Shown: piece after piece, positions 58,724-64,000 of the stretch | How the letters are laid out: each line of letters opens with the position of its first letter | Numbering within the stretch: position 1 is the stretch's first letter | From: Bispira polyomma | Lineage: Eukaryota | Assembly: GCA_965649765.1 (NCBI GenBank) | Contig: OZ287749.1 | Span: forward strand, 38,192,001-38,256,000 | Reading direction: 5' to 3' | DNA: 64,000 nucleotides | Made by a program: the position numbers and the translations under genes | The notes under the pieces: model-generated | Told to the model about the DNA's origin: nothing | What the model saw: only the letters and a program-made list of their open reading frames with translations | The model's database searches: none

Positions 58724-61700
58724 TTACGCTCTGCTCAGATAGTCAGCAGCAACATTTTCTGAACTCCTTATAGCTCTAATCTTGAAACTAAATGATTGTA
58801 AGAACAATGCCCAACGCATAATGCGGCTATTATCCATTTTTGACCTCTTAATGTAAATGAGGGGCTGATGATCAGTCTCAACTAAGAATTCTTTCCCATA
58901 CAAATATGGAGCAAATTTCTTGATTGCCCAAACTAGTGATAAGCATTCTTTCTCTATTACAGCATAGTGCTTTTGAGTATCAGACAGCTTTTTACTAGCA
59001 TATTCTACAGGAAACTTGCCATCATCACCTTCCTGCATCAATACCGCTCCTATACCATATTCAGAGGCATCACTCTGCACAATAAATGGTTTCGCAAAAT
59101 CTGGTAATCTTAGAATTGGTCTCTTTGCTAGAAGTTCTTTCAAAGCCTGAAAAGCTTTATCTTGAGGTTCCTGCCACAGTACTTTGTTAGGTTGACCTTT
59201 CTTAGTGAGATCCGATAATGGTGCAGAGATAGCACTGAAGTTGGGAATATACTTCGAGTAGTAACCAATAAAACCAAGGAAACTTCGCACCTGCTTCTTG
59301 GTCACAGGTATAGGCACTGACAAAATATTCAAAACCTTTTCTTCGTCCGGTTTCATAGAACCATCACCAACATGATTCCCTAAAAAATTGAGGTTTTTGA
59401 AACCTATTTGACACTTTGACGGCTTTACGGTTAAGTGCGCATTTCTGAGTCGCTGGAAGAGTTTCCTCAATTCACTCAAATGCTGGTCCCACAAAGGCGT
59501 GTGACATAGAATATCATCTACAAAACTGTCACAGAAATACAGATCTTTCAATAACTTCCGCACCATCTTGTTGAAGGTTGCCGTAGCATTTACCAAGCCA
59601 AAAGGCATCTTGAGAAAGCGAAAGCTTCCCTGAGGAGTGAGAAAGCACGTCTTATCTTGACTACCTTCTTCCATTGGTATTTGCCAGTATCCCTTTGTCA
59701 TGTCAAACTTACTGAAGAATACATCCCCTGACAATTTTGAATATATGTCATTAGCCGTCATCATTGGCTCTGTTGAAAATACAGTTTGTAGGTTAAGATT
59801 CCGATAATCTGCACAGAAGCGAATTTTCCCGTCCTTTTTCTTCACCAGCACAATAGGTGATGCGTAAGGTGAGTCACAACTACCGATCACACCCAACTTC
59901 AGCATAGTCTCAACTTCTTCATCAACGACCTTCCGGAGATGATAAGGTATGGGATATGGCCTCTTCCTGACAGGCTCATCAGTATTCAACACAATTTTGT
60001 GCTCTACTAAATCCGTAGTGCCTGGCAAATCAGAAAATATATCTTGGTACTCTTTGAGTAACTGTTGGACTTCTTGCTTTTGATTTTCTGTTAGTGTAGG
60101 ACTAATGGTCACATCTTTGTAAGATTCATTCTGAAGATACGGAAATAAATCAATTAAGTTTTCTTGCGTCTCTTCTTGTTCCTCCTCAATCAAAGATACA
60201 GCCACCATGTCCAATGGTGCACCACCAACAGGCAAGTCACTTCTCACATCACTTTCACGTCGTTCGAGGTAATGCTTCAACATGTTAGCGTGAATAACTT
60301 TCACCTTCCCTTTCATGCTGACAGAGTAGTCATTCACACCCTTAACATCCATGACCTCATACGGACCTTTCCAAGACATCAACAGTTTATTGGCTACAGT
60401 AGGCAGTAATACCAGAACCTTATCACCAACTTGGAATTTCCTCGGTTTGGTCTTCTTATCATACCATATCTTCGATTTTGCTTGATTCTTTCTCAACTCT
60501 TCTTGGGCCAACTTACAAGTATCTTCCAATTTATTTCTCAAATCAATAACATACTCATAGGTTGTCTTGACTTCATCTGGGGTTCCTTCCTTTGTCCACA
60601 ACTCATGAAGTATCTGCATAGGTCCACGGACAGTTCTTCCATAGAGCAACTCAAATGGTGAAAATCCTAGGCTAGCTTGAGGAGTCTCTCTATAGGCAAA
60701 TAAAACTGCCGGAATGTACCGGTCCCAGTCTTTAGGTTTCTCCTGACATAACCTTCTCAGCATTGACTTCAGTACAAGGTGGAATTTCTCAACAAGCCCA
60801 TTGCACATGGGGTGGTACGGTGTAGTAACCAGCCGGTTGATACTCAGCAACCGTGAGACCTCAGACATCACACTGCTCAGGAACTGAGAACCTTGGTCAC
60901 TCAAAACTTCTGATGGCACACCTACTCTTGTAAATATGTTGACCAATGCCTCGGCAACAGCTTCAGAATCTATGCGTTTCAATGGAACAACCTCTGGATA
61001 CCTGGTGGCATAGTCCATCAAAGTTAACATATAACGGTAGCCCCTATCTGAAACTGGATTAATGGGTCCAACCAAGTCAATCGCTACCCTTTTGAAGGGC
61101 GTGTCAATTATGGGCATGTTTTGCAATGGAACTTTTGGCAGTCTTCCCTTCTGTGAAGTCCTCTGGCATATGTCACACGAATTACTGAATCTGCTGACAT
61201 CATTTTGAAGGCCTGGCCAGTAAAAATTCTGCAAAATCTTGTCCGTTGTCTTTCGTATGCCCAAATGTCCTCCAAGTAAAGCTTCATGCGCAAGCTTTAG
61301 TACTTTTGTTCTAAGTATCTTTGGAACCATCAATTGCTTCACCACGGAGCTGTTGACATCAGACAAAAACCTTCGGTAAAGTAGTCGAGACTTCACTTCA
61401 AACCAGGTCACATTGTTGCCTCTAACACATGACTTCTGCCCACTCTTGGCTAACTCCCAATAACGCTCAAGGCTGCTATCAGACATCTGGGCCTCAATCA
61501 GGTAGTCAACTGTGATGCTTGCATCCAATGGGGTCATGGTATGTAATCTCTTTTTATCTGAAACTGGATTAATGGGTCCAACCAAGTCAATCGCTACCCT
61601 TTTGAAGGGCGTGTCAATTATGGGCATGTTTTGCAATGGAACTTTTGGCAGTCTTCCCTTCTGTGAAGTCCTCTGGCATATGTCACACGAATTACTGAAT

Positions 61701-63646
61701 CTGCTGACATCATTTTGAAGGCCTGGCCAGTAAAAATTCTGCAAAATCTTGTCCGTTGTCTTTCGTATGCCCAAATGTCCTCCAAGTAAAGCTTCATGCG
61801 CAAGCTTTAGTACTTTTGTTCTAAGTATCTTTGGAACCATCAATTGCTTCACCACGGAGCTGTTGACATCAGACAAAAACCTTCGGTAAAGTAGTCGAGA
61901 CTTCACTTCAAACCAGGTCACATTGTTGCCTCTAACACATGACTTCTGCCCACTCTTGGCTAACTCCCAATAACGCTCAAGGCTGCTATCAGACATCTGG
62001 GCCTCAATCAGGTAGTCAACTGTGATGCTTGCATCCAATGGGGTCATGGTATGTAATCTCTTTTCAGGTCTGTCCCTTTTAGCTGCCTGACTTCGTGTTT
62101 GCACTGCATTCACACTTTGGGAATTCTGTTGCGGATCACTTGAAATAACCAGTTGAATATCTTTTCCAGAAGACATCTTCCAGTCTGGATCAGGACTCCC
62201 TGGTGACCTCACTCCAGTAATATTTCCCAGCACAAGTGGACAGACAGGATTGTTCATGCACATCGCTTCGACAGTCCCAACAAAATATGGAGTATCAATT
62301 TCAATGGTAGCAGAGGACACTCTCTTACCTGTCCCATCCACTAATATACACAGGTGCTTCTTGCCCGTCAGCTGTTCAGGCTCCACCAAGCTTTGCTTTA
62401 CCACCACACCAGTACAGCCTGTATCTCTTAAGACATCAACAACATGGGATCCTACTTTTCCTTTTACCACAGGCATGTTCTTCAGAATACCCTTCTGTTT
62501 CTCATGTTGATCACATGCCCCACTCACAATAGGAATCTTCTTTCCACATGCCAACTTGATGTTGTCCTGACTGACACAAGCATGCTCACAAGTATGTACA
62601 GCACAAGCAGAAGAACCTTCTACACCTTTATCTTTGACCTGAGTCTTTACCGTTTCCTTCATATCTTCAGTAATCGCAGAGGCAATGGTCTTTACCCATG
62701 CTTTAGCTTTCAAATGGCAGTCTTTAGCGATATGTCCCATTTTTCCACATTTAAAGCACTTCTTGCCAAAACTACTACCTTGCCTTTTGTTGTCCACTGA
62801 AACAGATTTACTAACAGGTGGTTTGGATGTCTGTAAATCAGGATGGGCCGCTAGGTACATCTCTGCCAGTTCCGCCATCTCTGATGCAGTTGTTGGGTTC
62901 CTTTCCTTAAGAAAAATAGCAAGACTTTTGCTACTGGCATTAAGAAACTGTTCCCTCACTAATAAGTCTTCAATTCCGTCAAAAGACTTCTCAGTATTGC
63001 TCAGTTCCACCCAACGTTTTAAATAATTACGGAGTCTCTCCATGAACTGACCTGAGCTCTCACCAGGTGTAATTGTACCAGAACGAAACTTGACCCTGAA
63101 GCCCTCATCGTTCAGTTGGTATCTCTTGAGCAAAGCCGTCTTCAGTTTGTCATAATCATTTGCCTCCTCGTTACTGAGTCTTGAATACACTTCCAAGGCC
63201 TTACCAGTTAACAACGCACTAAGATTGATGGACCAACTTTCCTCAGGCCACTTCTGACTTGCAGCGAAACGTTCAAAACGAAGCAAGTAAGCGTCCATAT
63301 CAGACTTCCCATCTTCAAAAACAGGCAACTTTGGAGTATGCGACTTCGTATAATTCACGCTTGAAAAGGTACTTTGCTCAGCCCTGATTGAAACATCTGC
63401 AGCTCTAATCTCCAGTTCTTTCACATCTCTTTCCATCTGTAACCTCTCTCTATCACTTTGCTGTTGCAACTCGACCATATCTCTGTCATGTGCTCTTTTA
63501 AGTCGTCTCTCCTCTCTTTCTCTGTCTTGCACCTCCCTTTCTCTTGCCTGCTCTCCAGCCTGCTCCTCTCTGACAAACTCTCTCAGTTCCAACCCTTCAT
63601 AACCCAACTCCTTCCCGAGTTTAATTAAGCGCTCTAGCTGATCCAT
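58724..63646 (-). CDS. Gag-Pol polyprotein, copy 3
   Basis: Translation appears identical to copy 1. Confidence 0.97.
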   Translation of the reverse strand: MDQLERLIKLGKELGYEGLELREFVREEQAGEQAREREVQDREREERRLKRAHDRDMVELQQQSDRERLQMERDVKELEIRAADVSIRAEQSTFSSVNYTKSHTPKLPVFEDGKSDMDAYLLRFERFAASQKWPEESWSINLSALLTGKALEVYSRLSNEEANDYDKLKTALLKRYQLNDEGFRVKFRSGTITPGESSGQFMERLRNYLKRWVELSNTEKSFDGIEDLLVREQFLNASSKSLAIFLKERNPTTASEMAELAEMYLAAHPDLQTSKPPVSKSVSVDNKRQGSSFGKKCFKCGKMGHIAKDCHLKAKAWVKTIASAITEDMKETVKTQVKDKGVEGSSACAVHTCEHACVSQDNIKLACGKKIPIVSGACDQHEKQKGILKNMPVVKGKVGSHVVDVLRDTGCTGVVVKQSLVEPEQLTGKKHLCILVDGTGKRVSSATIEIDTPYFVGTVEAMCMNNPVCPLVLGNITGVRSPGSPDPDWKMSSGKDIQLVISSDPQQNSQSVNAVQTRSQAAKRDRPEKRLHTMTPLDASITVDYLIEAQMSDSSLERYWELAKSGQKSCVRGNNVTWFEVKSRLLYRRFLSDVNSSVVKQLMVPKILRTKVLKLAHEALLGGHLGIRKTTDKILQNFYWPGLQNDVSRFSNSCDICQRTSQKGRLPKVPLQNMPIIDTPFKRVAIDLVGPINPVSDKKRLHTMTPLDASITVDYLIEAQMSDSSLERYWELAKSGQKSCVRGNNVTWFEVKSRLLYRRFLSDVNSSVVKQLMVPKILRTKVLKLAHEALLGGHLGIRKTTDKILQNFYWPGLQNDVSRFSNSCDICQRTSQKGRLPKVPLQNMPIIDTPFKRVAIDLVGPINPVSDRGYRYMLTLMDYATRYPEVVPLKRIDSEAVAEALVNIFTRVGVPSEVLSDQGSQFLSSVMSEVSRLLSINRLVTTPYHPMCNGLVEKFHLVLKSMLRRLCQEKPKDWDRYIPAVLFAYRETPQASLGFSPFELLYGRTVRGPMQILHELWTKEGTPDEVKTTYEYVIDLRNKLEDTCKLAQEELRKNQAKSKIWYDKKTKPRKFQVGDKVLVLLPTVANKLLMSWKGPYEVMDVKGVNDYSVSMKGKVKVIHANMLKHYLERRESDVRSDLPVGGAPLDMVAVSLIEEEQEETQENLIDLFPYLQNESYKDVTISPTLTENQKQEVQQLLKEYQDIFSDLPGTTDLVEHKIVLNTDEPVRKRPYPIPYHLRKVVDEEVETMLKLGVIGSCDSPYASPIVLVKKKDGKIRFCADYRNLNLQTVFSTEPMMTANDIYSKLSGDVFFSKFDMTKGYWQIPMEEGSQDKTCFLTPQGSFRFLKMPFGLVNATATFNKMVRKLLKDLYFCDSFVDDILCHTPLWDQHLSELRKLFQRLRNAHLTVKPSKCQIGFKNLNFLGNHVGDGSMKPDEEKVLNILSVPIPVTKKQVRSFLGFIGYYSKYIPNFSAISAPLSDLTKKGQPNKVLWQEPQDKAFQALKELLAKRPILRLPDFAKPFIVQSDASEYGIGAVLMQEGDDGKFPVEYASKKLSDTQKHYAVIEKECLSLVWAIKKFAPYLYGKEFLVETDHQPLIYIKRSKMDNSRIMRWALFLQSFSFKIRAIRSSENVAADYLSRA

Positions 63647-64000
63647 GTCACTATGGTTACCTTACACACTACTACTACTGGGGTACAACTTCTGGACAAG
63701 GCACACAAGGCCAACCGTAACACTTTTGATCACTTACACACACTGTATGACTACAGCCACAGAACACTTGACTTGGGAATCCACCCAAAATAATGAGAAT
63801 CCACTCAAATATGTGTGATGAGAATCCACTCTATCACAATCCTAATACTGAGAATCCACTCAGTTATTTACCTGAACACTTGTTCACAACGTAATAACCT
63901 TAAGTTGAGTATCCACGCACCCACCCAAATAGTATGAAATCCAACACAACTGTTCCCGGAAATAATACTATGTACCCCCCTAAGCTGATATACATATAAT

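Larger units (their letters stand above)
45137..64000 (-). mobile_element. Tandem shared-LTR array of a Gmr1-like Ty3/gypsy LTR retrotransposon (6317-bp period, at least 3 units, runs off the window)
   Basis: Identical sequence restarts (tgttacattt) at 45137, 51454 and 57771; the next is expected at 64088. Confidence 0.96.

Noticed and set aside
47530-63026. Plus-strand and alternate-frame ORFs overlapping Gag-Pol
   Set aside because: Shadow ORFs; they recur only because the DNA is repeated.

Overview
AT-rich animal (probably invertebrate; inference only) genomic DNA made almost entirely of nested mobile elements; no host gene is recognisable. (1) 1-6776: right arm of a decayed Polinton/Maverick (adintovirus-type endogenous virus), minus strand, with integrase, core proteins, penton, hexon and adenain, ending in an AGTAGT terminus. 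(2) 8.5-19 kb: a CR1/L2-type LINE relic, a DIRS-type retroelement relic split inside its RT by a 5'-truncated L1/Tx1 LINE (7-bp TSD), and MITEs. (3) From 19152: a second, different decayed Polinton (IAP/BIR genes, adenain, hexon, penton, integrase, ATPase, pPolB). It is followed by a presumed accessory arm with a convergent pair of tRNA-like Pol III units and two spliced, related type I membrane-protein genes. (4) 35262-41548: a full-length L1/Tx1 LINE (12-bp TSD) whose ORF1p is fused in frame to a NADAR/YbiA domain. (5) 45137-64000: at least three almost identical, head-to-tail, shared-LTR copies (6317-bp period) of an intact Gmr1-like Ty3/gypsy retrotransposon. Each has a 170-aa duplication of the integrase N-terminal region, a tRNA-His PBS, a second tRNA-His-complementary site in U5 and an array of identical-loop hairpins in the leader. 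Best candidates for an undescribed system: the ORF1-NADAR LINE, and the Polinton-linked Pol III RNAs plus spliced receptor-like genes. All family calls rest on motif recognition by eye; no searches were run.
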